Shown in pieces: positions 50,932-60,241 of a DNA stretch of 64,000 bases (the first letter of the stretch is position 1; each line of letters begins with the position of its first letter). Source of the stretch: an uncultured Ignavibacteria bacterium (lineage in GTDB: Bacteria > Bacteroidota > Ignavibacteria > Ch128b); NCBI GenBank assembly GCA_937944105.1, contig CALDZP010000033.1, forward strand, positions 2,034-66,033, written 5' to 3'. The notes under the pieces were generated by a model. The model searched no databases, was not told the DNA's origin, and was given only the letters and a program-made list of their open reading frames with translations. Both the position numbers and the translations under genes were made by a program.

Positions 50932-52392
50932 ATGAAAAAATGGGAATGGAAAATCGAAAACGAAGATTATCTAAAAAAAACCATCAAACGGTGTAAAGAA
51001 AAAAACATTATACTTCCAAAATTCTCTGAATTAAAAGAACCAGAAACAATCCCTGAAGAAATAAAAGTAAATTTAAAAACAATTAATATTGATGAAATTC
51101 ATCCATTAAATTTATTTCGAATCAACTGGCAAAATGATCCTGAAACTGGTGGAATTGGAGAAGTGAATTATCTTGAAATCCCACAAGAAATAACAGGTGT
51201 TAAAGCGAGAATAGTTGGTCTTGTAGGAAAGTTTTTCCCGACAGGTGCTCATAAAGTTGGGGCTACTTATGGAGTTTTGATTCCATATCTCGTTACAGGT
51301 AAATTTAATCCTGAATATCACAAAGCTGTATGGCCCTCTACTGGGAATTATTGTCGAGGTGGTGCTTTCAATTCCGCATTACTTTCAGTTCATGCAGTTG
51401 CTATTCTGCCAGAAGGAATGAGTAAAGAGAGATTTGAATGGTTAAAAAAAATTGGTGCGGAGATTTACGCAACTCCAGGTTGCGAAAGTAATGTAAAAGA
51501 AATATATGATAAATGTCATGAACTTAAGAGAACAAGCGATGAGTATTTTATATTTAATCAATTTGAACAATTCGGTAATTCTTGCTTTCATTATTATGTA
51601 ACTGGTTCGGCAATTGAAAAAGTTTTCAACGAAATAAAAGATCAAAATTCAAGATTCAGTGGATTTGTTAGCGCAACTGGTTCCGCTGGAACTATCGGTG
51701 CAGGTGATTATCTGAAAAATAAGTTCAACCAAATGAAAATTGTTGCTTCCGAAGCTTTGCAGTGCCCAACTCTTTTGATGAATGGTTTTGGTGGACATAG
51801 AATTGAAGGGATAGGAGATAAGCATGTTCCCTGGATTCATAATGTCAAAAATACTGATGTTGTAACTGCAATTAATGATGAACATCCTCTTAGAATTTTA
51901 AGGCTTTTTAACGAAGAAGCAGGTCTAAAATTTTTAGCGTCTCTTGGTATAGGTGATGAAACTCTTAATAAACTTTCCTGGCTTGGAATTTCATCAATTA
52001 GTAACATTTTAAGTTCTATAAAATTAGCGAAATGGTTTGAGATGAATGAAAATGATTTCATCTTTACTGTTTTTACTGATTCTGTGGAAATGTACAGGTC
52101 GAGGTTGAATGAGATGAATCAATCGTGGGGTAAATATTCTGAAAAAGAAGCTGAGTTAAATTGGAATGTTTGCTTAAAAAATCAAACAACAGATTTTATG
52201 AAAGAACTTAATTATTATGATAAAAAGACAATACACAATTTGAAATATTTTACCTGGATTGAACAACAGGGTAAATCAGTCGATGAACTAAATGAACAAT
52301 GGTATGATGAAAATTATTGGAATCAAAGATATGAAACCGTTGAATTATGGGATAAATTAATTGATGAATTTAATAAGGAAGTTAGAGTTTAA
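50932..52392 (+). CDS. PLP-dependent enzyme, fold-type II (Trp-synthase-beta / cysteine-synthase superfamily) with N- and C-terminal extensions
   Basis: Start at ATG 50932 (GAGG RBS). TGAHKVGATYG (PLP-lysine context) and GSAGTIGAG Gly-rich loop. Confidence 0.55.
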   Translation: MKKWEWKIENEDYLKKTIKRCKEKNIILPKFSELKEPETIPEEIKVNLKTINIDEIHPLNLFRINWQNDPETGGIGEVNYLEIPQEITGVKARIVGLVGKFFPTGAHKVGATYGVLIPYLVTGKFNPEYHKAVWPSTGNYCRGGAFNSALLSVHAVAILPEGMSKERFEWLKKIGAEIYATPGCESNVKEIYDKCHELKRTSDEYFIFNQFEQFGNSCFHYYVTGSAIEKVFNEIKDQNSRFSGFVSATGSAGTIGAGDYLKNKFNQMKIVASEALQCPTLLMNGFGGHRIEGIGDKHVPWIHNVKNTDVVTAINDEHPLRILRLFNEEAGLKFLASLGIGDETLNKLSWLGISSISNILSSIKLAKWFEMNENDFIFTVFTDSVEMYRSRLNEMNQSWGKYSEKEAELNWNVCLKNQTTDFMKELNYYDKKTIHNLKYFTWIEQQGKSVDELNEQWYDENYWNQRYETVELWDKLIDEFNKEVRV

Positions 52393-52665
52393 TATAGTTT
52401 TTAGAATTTCAGAATTTAACTTGTATGATTTAGTTTCTTTCTAATATTTGGTGGAAACTGAAAAATGTTATTTCTTAAAATCCAAATTAAGTTATATGGA
52501 TAGATTTTTTATTTAATCAAAAATGTATGTGATTTTTTGATGATAGGTTGTTTATCACAATGAATGCCTAAATTTTTAATAATTTTTTTTCTTGTTTATG
52601 TTTGACTGCTCATTTTACACAAAATTTAATTTTGACTTTTTCGTTTAAATTAAAAGGAGGTTGCT

Positions 52666-54006
52666 ATGCAAAATGATAGTTTGTTAATCAAAAATTTATA
52701 TTTAGCTCAAATCTCAAACAATGAAATTAATCCTATTTTTTGTGATTTGAAGATTGGTAATGGGAGAATTGAGACAATTATTCCAAAAGACTTTTACGAG
52801 TATGTGAATAACGATACTGAAGAAGAAGTCCATGAAAATGAATATAATGCAAAAGGTGCAGTAGCGACTATTCCTTTAATTAATTTTCATGAACATATTT
52901 ATTCAAGACTTGCTAAAGGATTAAAAACTAAAGGTTCATTTTCAAATTTTTACAAGATCTTAAAAAATCTCTGGTGGAAACTTGATTTAATATTAGATGA
53001 AGGAATGATTGAGGCTTCAGCTGTTATGGCTGCAATTGAATCAATTAAAAATGGTACAACTTACATTTTTGATCATCATTCATCACCAAATTTTACAAAA
53101 GATAGTTTGAAAACAATCTCAGAAACTTTATCGCAATTTGGACTCAGGGGAACTATTTGTTTTGAAACATCGGATAGAAATGGTTTAGAAATAACAAAGA
53201 AAGCAGTTCAAGAAAATTGTGATTTTATAGAAAATAATGATGGAAACTTCAAAGGTATTTTTGGACTTCATGCTGCTTTTACTTTGAACGATCAAACCTT
53301 AAGATTTGTATCAAACATAATGAAAGGTCTTGATACAGGAATTCATATTCATTTATGTGAGGATAAAGTAGATAGGGAACAAAGCCTAAAAAAATTTGAA
53401 GCCTTACCACTTGAAAGATTAATAAAATTTAATTTAATAAATTCAAAATCAATTCTTGCTCATGGTGTTCACTTAAAAAAGAAAGAGTATAAAAAAATTG
53501 CAGAATATGAAGCTGCGATTGCTCTAAATCCTGATTCTAATATGAATAATTCTGTTGGAATTCCTGTATTTAAAAAATTCCCTGAAAATCTTACACTTTT
53601 AGCCGGTACTGATGGTATGAATTCTAATATTGCTAAAACATTAAAACAATTATTTCTACTTTACCGATATTCAGGTGAAAGTTTTGATGATTCATTCAAA
53701 TGGATAAAAAAAATTTATTTCAATCAATTAAATTTTATAAAGAAATATTTTGATGATTTTACAACTCTCAATCAAAATGAAAGAGCAGATTTAATTATAT
53801 GGGACTACACTCCTGTTAATGAAATGACTTATGAAAACTTCTGGGGACATTTCGTATATGGAATTCTGGAGCAGAGACCAAAAACAGTAATTCAAAGTGG
53901 TAAATATTTACTTAAAGATTTTCAGTTACAATTTGATACCCAAACCATTCAGAAAGAAATAATAAAACAAGGTATGAGATTAAAAGAAAAATTTGAGTCT
54001 TCTTAA
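52666..54006 (+). CDS. Amidohydrolase-family protein, SsnA/chlorohydrolase-like
   Basis: INFHEHIY HxH metal motif. 446 aa. GGAGG RBS. Confidence 0.65.
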   Translation: MQNDSLLIKNLYLAQISNNEINPIFCDLKIGNGRIETIIPKDFYEYVNNDTEEEVHENEYNAKGAVATIPLINFHEHIYSRLAKGLKTKGSFSNFYKILKNLWWKLDLILDEGMIEASAVMAAIESIKNGTTYIFDHHSSPNFTKDSLKTISETLSQFGLRGTICFETSDRNGLEITKKAVQENCDFIENNDGNFKGIFGLHAAFTLNDQTLRFVSNIMKGLDTGIHIHLCEDKVDREQSLKKFEALPLERLIKFNLINSKSILAHGVHLKKKEYKKIAEYEAAIALNPDSNMNNSVGIPVFKKFPENLTLLAGTDGMNSNIAKTLKQLFLLYRYSGESFDDSFKWIKKIYFNQLNFIKKYFDDFTTLNQNERADLIIWDYTPVNEMTYENFWGHFVYGILEQRPKTVIQSGKYLLKDFQLQFDTQTIQKEIIKQGMRLKEKFESS

Positions 54007-54065
54007 TTAAGGAATTTTTGTTCAAAAAATATTATTTTGAATTTGAAATATGATTAGGGGAAAAT

Positions 54066-56471
54066 ATGAAAGAAAAATTTAATGTTATTGGAAAACCAGT
54101 AATTCGTCAGGACGGTAAAGCTAAAGTTACTGGTCAGGCTAAATTTGCAGATGATTATAAATTCCCGAATACATTGTTCGGAGTTATGGTTAGAACTAAA
54201 TCGACTCATGCTATTATTAAAAATATTGATTATTCTGAAATCGAAAATGATAAAAATATTGTAACCATTATTGATGCAAGTGATATAAAAGGAGCGAAGA
54301 AGACTGGGTTAATAAGAAAAGATCAGCCAGTTTTTGCTTTTGACAAAATTGTAACACCTGGTGATGTAGTTGCAATGCTTGTTGGTGTAGATGTTGATGA
54401 ACTTCGTATCTTAGCGAAAAAAGTAAAAATAGAACTGGAAGAATTGCCCTCTTTAACAGACCCTGAAAAATCACTCGATCCAGATTCACCGCTAATACAT
54501 CCTGAATTTAATACAAATCTTGTTGTTCATCATCCACTAAGAAAAGGTGATATTGAGAAAGGTTTTAATGAATCAGATTATATAATTGAACAAACATATA
54601 CAACTCCGCACATCGAGCATGCTTACATTGAGCCTGAATGCGTTACAGCCATACCGCTTGAAGGTGATAAAGGAATTTATATCATTGGGAGTATTCAAAA
54701 TCCTTTTACTGTCAGAAGGATTGTTGCTGAAGTATTAAATTTTCCACTTAACAAAGTTAGAGTTGAACAGGCAGAACTTGGTGGTTCCTTTGGTGGTAAA
54801 GATGATATTATGTGTATACTTTCTGCGAGGGCATCAATTGCAGCACTGAAAACAAAAAGACCAGTTAAAATAAAATATACTCGTGAAGAGTCAATTCTTG
54901 AATCTTATAAGCGTCATCCATACAGAATGCATTATAAAGTTGGTTATACTAAAGAAGGTAAAATCAAAGCAATGAAGATTGATATTTTAGCTGATGCTGG
55001 TGCTTATTGTTCTATGACTCCCTATGTTACCTGGAGATCTGTTGTTCAGGCTACTGGTCCATATGAAATTGAAAATGTATGGACAGATGTCAGAGCTGTT
55101 TATACTAATAATCCATATACAGGTGCAATGCGTGGTTTTGGTTCTCCGCAAATTGTTTTTGCTCAGGAATCTCTCATGGATGATATTGCTGTTAGTCTTG
55201 GGTTAACTCCAGATGAAATTCGAAGAATTAACGGGTATAGATATGGTTCTATTACAGCGAGTGGTCAACGACTTGAAAACCATGATGTCAATTTGATGAA
55301 AGTTCTGGATACTGCATGTGAGGCAACAAATTTTAGAGAAAAGTGGCTTGAAAATGAAAAACATCACAATAGAAGAATTCCGACAATTGAATTTAAAGAT
55401 GAAATTATCAATAAAAATTTAATATTAAGTGATCGAGAATTTGTTGAGCCAGAAGACACATGGAAGAAGGGGATTGGATTGGCAATTAGTTTTCGAGGTA
55501 GTTCACTTGGAGCTGAAGGGATCGATGCTGCAGCAGCTTATCTATCAATTCAAAGTGATGGAAGTGCTTATTTACTTTGTGGTTTGGCTGAAAATGGTCA
55601 GGGAATGAAAACGGCTTATTCTATTATTGTTTCTGAAATTCTTGGAATTCCAGTTGAAAATATCTATTACCTTGAATTAACAACAGCCCACATTCCTGAT
55701 AGTGGTCCAACGGTTGCCTCTCGATCAACTGTTATGGGAGGTGGCGCTGTCAAAAATGCTTCAGAAATTTTGAGAAAAAGATTTGAAGATTTTTTAAGAA
55801 GCCAATGGCAGCTTACAGAAGATGATTTAATAGTGTTTGAAAACAATAAAATTTATGTCAAAGGGAAAGAAAAATTTTCATTAAGCTTTTCGGAATTTAC
55901 TGCCCTTGCTTATAAGAAAGGAATTTGTCTGGCATCAATAGGCTGGTATCCTGGCCCAAAGATTCATTGGGATGAAAAAGTTGGACAGGGGAAAGCCTAC
56001 TTTACTTATGTGTACGGTGCTCAGGTAGCGGAAGTCCGGGTAAATATTGTAACAGGTGAGGTTTATATTGATAAGATAACAGCAGTGCATGACCCAGGCA
56101 AGGTTATAAACCTTCTTGGTGCACTTGGTCAGGTTTATGGCGGAGTTACTCAGGGTGCAGGTTATGCAATTTTTGAAGAGTTATCAAAGCAAAATGGTTT
56201 TCCTCAAGAATTAAATTTTGATCAATATCTTATTCCAACAAGTAAAGATGTTGGTGAAATCGTACCAATATTTATTGAAGGCAAAGATGAATTTGGTCCA
56301 TGGGGAGCAAAATCTTTAGGTGAACCTACACTTGAATTAACTTCTGCCGCAATTAATAACGCAATTCGAAATGCTGTTGGTGAAAGATACTTTAATTTGC
56401 CTGTGAATCTCGAAGAAGTTATTCTTAAAAGAAAATTAAGACCCGGGGATATTCAGAGAGGAAGTTTATGA
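54066..56471 (+). CDS. Xanthine dehydrogenase family molybdopterin-binding subunit
   Basis: 801 aa. a/b hammerhead at the N-terminus, GGSFGGK motif and the MoCo-binding C-terminus. Confidence 0.85.
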   Translation: MKEKFNVIGKPVIRQDGKAKVTGQAKFADDYKFPNTLFGVMVRTKSTHAIIKNIDYSEIENDKNIVTIIDASDIKGAKKTGLIRKDQPVFAFDKIVTPGDVVAMLVGVDVDELRILAKKVKIELEELPSLTDPEKSLDPDSPLIHPEFNTNLVVHHPLRKGDIEKGFNESDYIIEQTYTTPHIEHAYIEPECVTAIPLEGDKGIYIIGSIQNPFTVRRIVAEVLNFPLNKVRVEQAELGGSFGGKDDIMCILSARASIAALKTKRPVKIKYTREESILESYKRHPYRMHYKVGYTKEGKIKAMKIDILADAGAYCSMTPYVTWRSVVQATGPYEIENVWTDVRAVYTNNPYTGAMRGFGSPQIVFAQESLMDDIAVSLGLTPDEIRRINGYRYGSITASGQRLENHDVNLMKVLDTACEATNFREKWLENEKHHNRRIPTIEFKDEIINKNLILSDREFVEPEDTWKKGIGLAISFRGSSLGAEGIDAAAAYLSIQSDGSAYLLCGLAENGQGMKTAYSIIVSEILGIPVENIYYLELTTAHIPDSGPTVASRSTVMGGGAVKNASEILRKRFEDFLRSQWQLTEDDLIVFENNKIYVKGKEKFSLSFSEFTALAYKKGICLASIGWYPGPKIHWDEKVGQGKAYFTYVYGAQVAEVRVNIVTGEVYIDKITAVHDPGKVINLLGALGQVYGGVTQGAGYAIFEELSKQNGFPQELNFDQYLIPTSKDVGEIVPIFIEGKDEFGPWGAKSLGEPTLELTSAAINNAIRNAVGERYFNLPVNLEEVILKRKLRPGDIQRGSL

Positions 56472-57337
56472 TTCCAAAATTAAATTACGTTGCTCCTTTA
56501 AGTTTAAAAAGAACTTTGAAAATCCTGTCAGAAAATAAAAAGAAAGCAAAAATACTTGCTGGTGGTACTGATATTCTTCCTGGTTTTCATATTAATTCAA
56601 AACGATTTAGGGATATAGAACTTCTGGTTGATATCAAGAAAATTGGTGAATTAAAATTAATCAAAGAATTTAAGGATCGTGTTGAGATTGGTGCATGTGT
56701 GACATTCTCTCAAATCTGTGAAAGTGATACGTTTAAAAAATTCTTTCCACTTCTTGTAAAATCTGCAGAAACTGTTGGTAGTGTTCAAATTAGAAATCGA
56801 GCTACTGTTGTTGGTAATTGTGTAAACAATGCACCTTGTGCTGATAGCGTTCCACCACTTTTAGTTTATGATGCAAAGATTGAAATACAATCTCTAAAAA
56901 GAAAGAGAGTAATTTCACTACAAAAATTTTTGATTAAACCTTATTCAACAGCATTGAAAAAGAATGAGGTTGTAACAAAAATTATTATTCCAAAACCCGA
57001 TCCTGATTTTAAGGGTGATTTTTATAAACTTGGTAGAAGAAGAGCAGTAGCCATAAGTAGAATATCACTTGCTCTATTGCTTAAGAAGAAGGCTGGAATA
57101 ATTGATGAATTGAGAATTGCAAGTGGTGCAGTAACTCCTATTGGCGCCCGACTCCATGAACTTGAAAAATTTGCAAAAGATAAAAAAGCTGATTCGAGTA
57201 CATTTAAAGAATTATCAATTCTGATGGGTAAAAAAGTTCTTCAAATTACAGGACTTCGATGGTCATCAGAATATAAATTACCAGTTCTTCAACAGGTGTT
57301 TTACCAATTGCTGGAGAAAGTTAATGAAGAAGAATAA
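56468..57337 (+). CDS. FAD-binding subunit of molybdenum hydroxylase (CoxM/XdhB-like)
   Basis: LAGGTDIL FAD motif. ATG overlaps the upstream stop. Confidence 0.8.
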   Translation: MIPKLNYVAPLSLKRTLKILSENKKKAKILAGGTDILPGFHINSKRFRDIELLVDIKKIGELKLIKEFKDRVEIGACVTFSQICESDTFKKFFPLLVKSAETVGSVQIRNRATVVGNCVNNAPCADSVPPLLVYDAKIEIQSLKRKRVISLQKFLIKPYSTALKKNEVVTKIIIPKPDPDFKGDFYKLGRRRAVAISRISLALLLKKKAGIIDELRIASGAVTPIGARLHELEKFAKDKKADSSTFKELSILMGKKVLQITGLRWSSEYKLPVLQQVFYQLLEKVNEEE

Positions 57338-57803
57338 AATTTTGAAGAAAATCAAATTAAGATTTACTTTGAACGGGGAGCCAGTTGAACTTGAAACATT
57401 ACCAAATAAGAGATTACTTGATTTATTGAGAGATGATTTAAACCTGACAGGTACAAAAGAAGGTTGTTCAATTGGTGAATGTGGTGCGTGTACTGTTATT
57501 GTGAATGATAAAGCTGTAAATTCATGTTTGATGCTTGCTGGTGAAATTAATGGTTCTGCGATCATTACAATTGAAGGAATTTCACAAAACGGGAATCTTC
57601 ATCCGTTGCAGGAGAATTTTTTGAAATTTGGTGCTGTTCAGTGTGGCTTTTGCATTCCTGGCATGATTCTCTCTGCGTATGCGCTTCTTAATAAAAATCG
57701 AAGACCCGATGAAGAAACTATAAAAGAAGCAATTGCCGGAAACTTGTGTCGATGTACAGGCTACAAACAAATTATTGAAGCTATTAAAAACACAAAGTTG
57801 TGA
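57324..57803 (+). CDS. [2Fe-2S]-binding subunit of molybdenum hydroxylase (CoxS/XdhC-like)
   Basis: CSIGECGACTV and CGFCIPG...CRCTGY cluster motifs. Confidence 0.85.
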   Translation: MKKNKILKKIKLRFTLNGEPVELETLPNKRLLDLLRDDLNLTGTKEGCSIGECGACTVIVNDKAVNSCLMLAGEINGSAIITIEGISQNGNLHPLQENFLKFGAVQCGFCIPGMILSAYALLNKNRRPDEETIKEAIAGNLCRCTGYKQIIEAIKNTKL

Positions 57804-58081
57804 TATTTTGAAATGCTTTCAACGATAATTCAGATTTGTTGAAAAAATGTTAAGTTTATAATTATTACTTCCCCAAACCATTGAACTTGTGTTGTGAAGG
57901 GTAATTTCATTGTAAAATAATTTTAATCTGTCATCTGATTTAAAAATTTTAGAAACGTATCACAATGAAATCAAAACCTGTGGTAGAATTATTTTCTCAA
58001 AAACTTGATAAATGGTAAAATATAAAAATTCAATATTGTTATTGTTCGGTGCGATAAAATAAATAGTTAGTAAAGATTGAA

Positions 58082-59338
58082 ATGAAAAAATTAATCTTAA
58101 TTTTAATTTCCTTCGTAATATTTTCTTGCTCTAAGAAAAGAGATTTTATTGAAATTGAATTCTGGACTCTTCAATTGAGCCCAACTTTTAATAAATATTT
58201 CGAAGAGGTTATAAGTGAATATGAAAGAATACATCCAGAAGTAAGAATTAAATGGGTTGATGTTCCATATGATGCGGCAATTCAAAAATTACTCAGCTCT
58301 ATTATTGCTGGAAATCCTCCAGATGTTATAAATCTATCCAGTGATTTTCTTTCAAAGTTTGAAAGCATTAAAGCACTTGTTGATTTAAGAACATTTTATC
58401 CTGACGATACTTTCAAAATATTTTTACCCAATGCTCTTGAAAATTGTATAATTAACAACAAGATTGTTGCATTACCCTGGTATTTAAACACTTACATTTT
58501 AATTTATAATAAAAAGCTTTTTAAGGAAGCTGGATTTACAGAGAAAAATTTACCTAAAAGTTTTTCAGAATTAATTGATTTCATTAAAGAGTATAAGAAT
58601 CGAACTGGAAAGTTTGCATTTTTCTGGAATATCGGTAAAGATAGTTACCTTCCAATAATGCTTGAATCTGAGGGAATTAGAATGATTGATGAAAGTATGA
58701 AAAAAGCATTTTTTAATTCCGAAGAAGCAATTGAACAAATAGGGAAATGGGTTGAACTTTATAAAGATGGATACTTACCACGAGAGTCAATTATTGCAAC
58801 GGGAACAAAAATAATTGAACCATTTCAATCTGGTGATGTGGCTATGGTTTTTACCGGTCCTGTTTTTATCAAAAGAATAAGAGAGAATTCACCTGAAATT
58901 TTTAAGAATACGGATGTATCATCAGTGATTACTGGTAAAACAGGTAAACATGAACTTGCTGCAATGTCACTTTCAGTACTTGCATCAAGTAAATACAAAA
59001 GAGAAGCCGCTGATTTTATTTTTTATCTGACAAATGCTCAAAATCAATTAAAATTCAGTAAACTCACCGTAACTTTCCCTTCTGTTATTGAGGCATTGAA
59101 AGATTCATTCTTTACAAAAGATGATGGTACACTAGAATCTAAAGCAAGGATAATAGGAGTGAGGGATTTGCCTTTTGCGTGTAGACTCAGAACTTACTTG
59201 CAACATCCCAAATTTGATGACCTTCGAGACATTTTTGACGAGGCAATTCAAAGTGCCTGTCTTGGGAAAAAATCTACACATGATGCGATAAATGAAGCTG
59301 TGAAAGAATGGAATAAAATATTAAGTGAAGAATATTAG
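58082..59338 (+). CDS. ABC-transporter substrate-binding lipoprotein (family 1, sugar-type)
   Basis: Lipobox IFSCSKK and SBP_bac_1-like architecture. No permease or ATPase gene adjacent. Confidence 0.7.
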   Translation: MKKLILILISFVIFSCSKKRDFIEIEFWTLQLSPTFNKYFEEVISEYERIHPEVRIKWVDVPYDAAIQKLLSSIIAGNPPDVINLSSDFLSKFESIKALVDLRTFYPDDTFKIFLPNALENCIINNKIVALPWYLNTYILIYNKKLFKEAGFTEKNLPKSFSELIDFIKEYKNRTGKFAFFWNIGKDSYLPIMLESEGIRMIDESMKKAFFNSEEAIEQIGKWVELYKDGYLPRESIIATGTKIIEPFQSGDVAMVFTGPVFIKRIRENSPEIFKNTDVSSVITGKTGKHELAAMSLSVLASSKYKREAADFIFYLTNAQNQLKFSKLTVTFPSVIEALKDSFFTKDDGTLESKARIIGVRDLPFACRLRTYLQHPKFDDLRDIFDEAIQSACLGKKSTHDAINEAVKEWNKILSEEY

Positions 59339-59744
59339 TGTTTAATAATCCTCAACATAAATTTTTACATGGTCCCAATTAGCTAATTTAAGATTCAAAT
59401 TAATTAAACTTATCTTATTTCGAATATCTCTTAAATTAAAATACCTTCATATGATTCGTCAAAGATTATTTCGACAAATATTTTGTCATCAAGATAACCG
59501 GGGAAAAATTTAAGTATGGAATTTTTACTCTGCAAAATCTAAAATTTTTTTCTCATCTTTTGTGGATATACTAAAACAAAATTTACCGTTTAATTTTAAT
59601 TCATTTATTAAATGAGGATAATAACAATCGTCAGCTGTAAAACATTTTTGAAATATTTAATCGATTTGAAAATATTAACAAATGTCTCCAACATGTTATT
59701 GAAAAATTCAGAATTGTTTACTCTGTAATTTTATCGTTGGTTTA

Positions 59745-60092
59745 TCATTCTAATTTTATTATTGAGGAAGCATGGAAGTAGTCATGATGCATATGACCTC
59801 GAATTACTACAACTTCTGCATCATGAAAACCTTCAGGAAGATTGGCTGGTCCCTGAACTTTATAAATTTTATTGTTTTTATCCTTCACATAAAAAATAGA
59901 AATATTTTGTTCGGCTATTAGTTGAATAGGTTTGTCTTTGGCAAGGTAAACTCGAACATCTACATTTTTATTGTCATCTGGACTAAGTCGACTTAAATCA
60001 AATATTTCTTTTGATTCAGCAAAGAATAAAGAATAGATAACATACAGAATAAAAATACTAAAAATTATCAATATTGGTTTTGTAAATCTCAT
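59745..60092 (-). CDS. CcmE-like OB-fold protein (uncertain)
   Basis: N-terminal TM helix. YKVQGPANLPEGFHDAEVVVIRG parallels CcmE YEGILPDLFREGQGVVVQG. The C-terminal HHDYFH is not the canonical HDENY heme motif. Confidence 0.4.
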   Translation of the reverse strand: MRFTKPILIIFSIFILYVIYSLFFAESKEIFDLSRLSPDDNKNVDVRVYLAKDKPIQLIAEQNISIFYVKDKNNKIYKVQGPANLPEGFHDAEVVVIRGHMHHDYFHASSIIKLE

Positions 60093-60179
60093 ATAATTAT
60101 CCTTTCTAATTAATTTTCCGATTCATGAAAAATTAGATTTTTTATTTTAATCAAATAGATTGGCTAAATTAATTTGAAA

Positions 60180-60222
60180 GGAGACGCAAGATGAAAAGAC
60201 AGTTTAGATCTTAGCGTCCCCC
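60180..60222 (-). terminator. Candidate terminator after the M16 peptidase gene
   Basis: On the minus strand GGGGACGC...GCGTCTCC (8 bp, one G-U pair) followed by CTTTCAAATTAATTT. Confidence 0.45.
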
Positions 60223-60241
60223 TCAATTTATCAATAAATAC

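Noticed and set aside
59561-59569. DnaA-box-like TGTGGATAT as a replication origin
   Set aside because: It is a single box with no cluster, no adjacent AT-rich DUE with repeats, and no dnaA/dnaN in the window.
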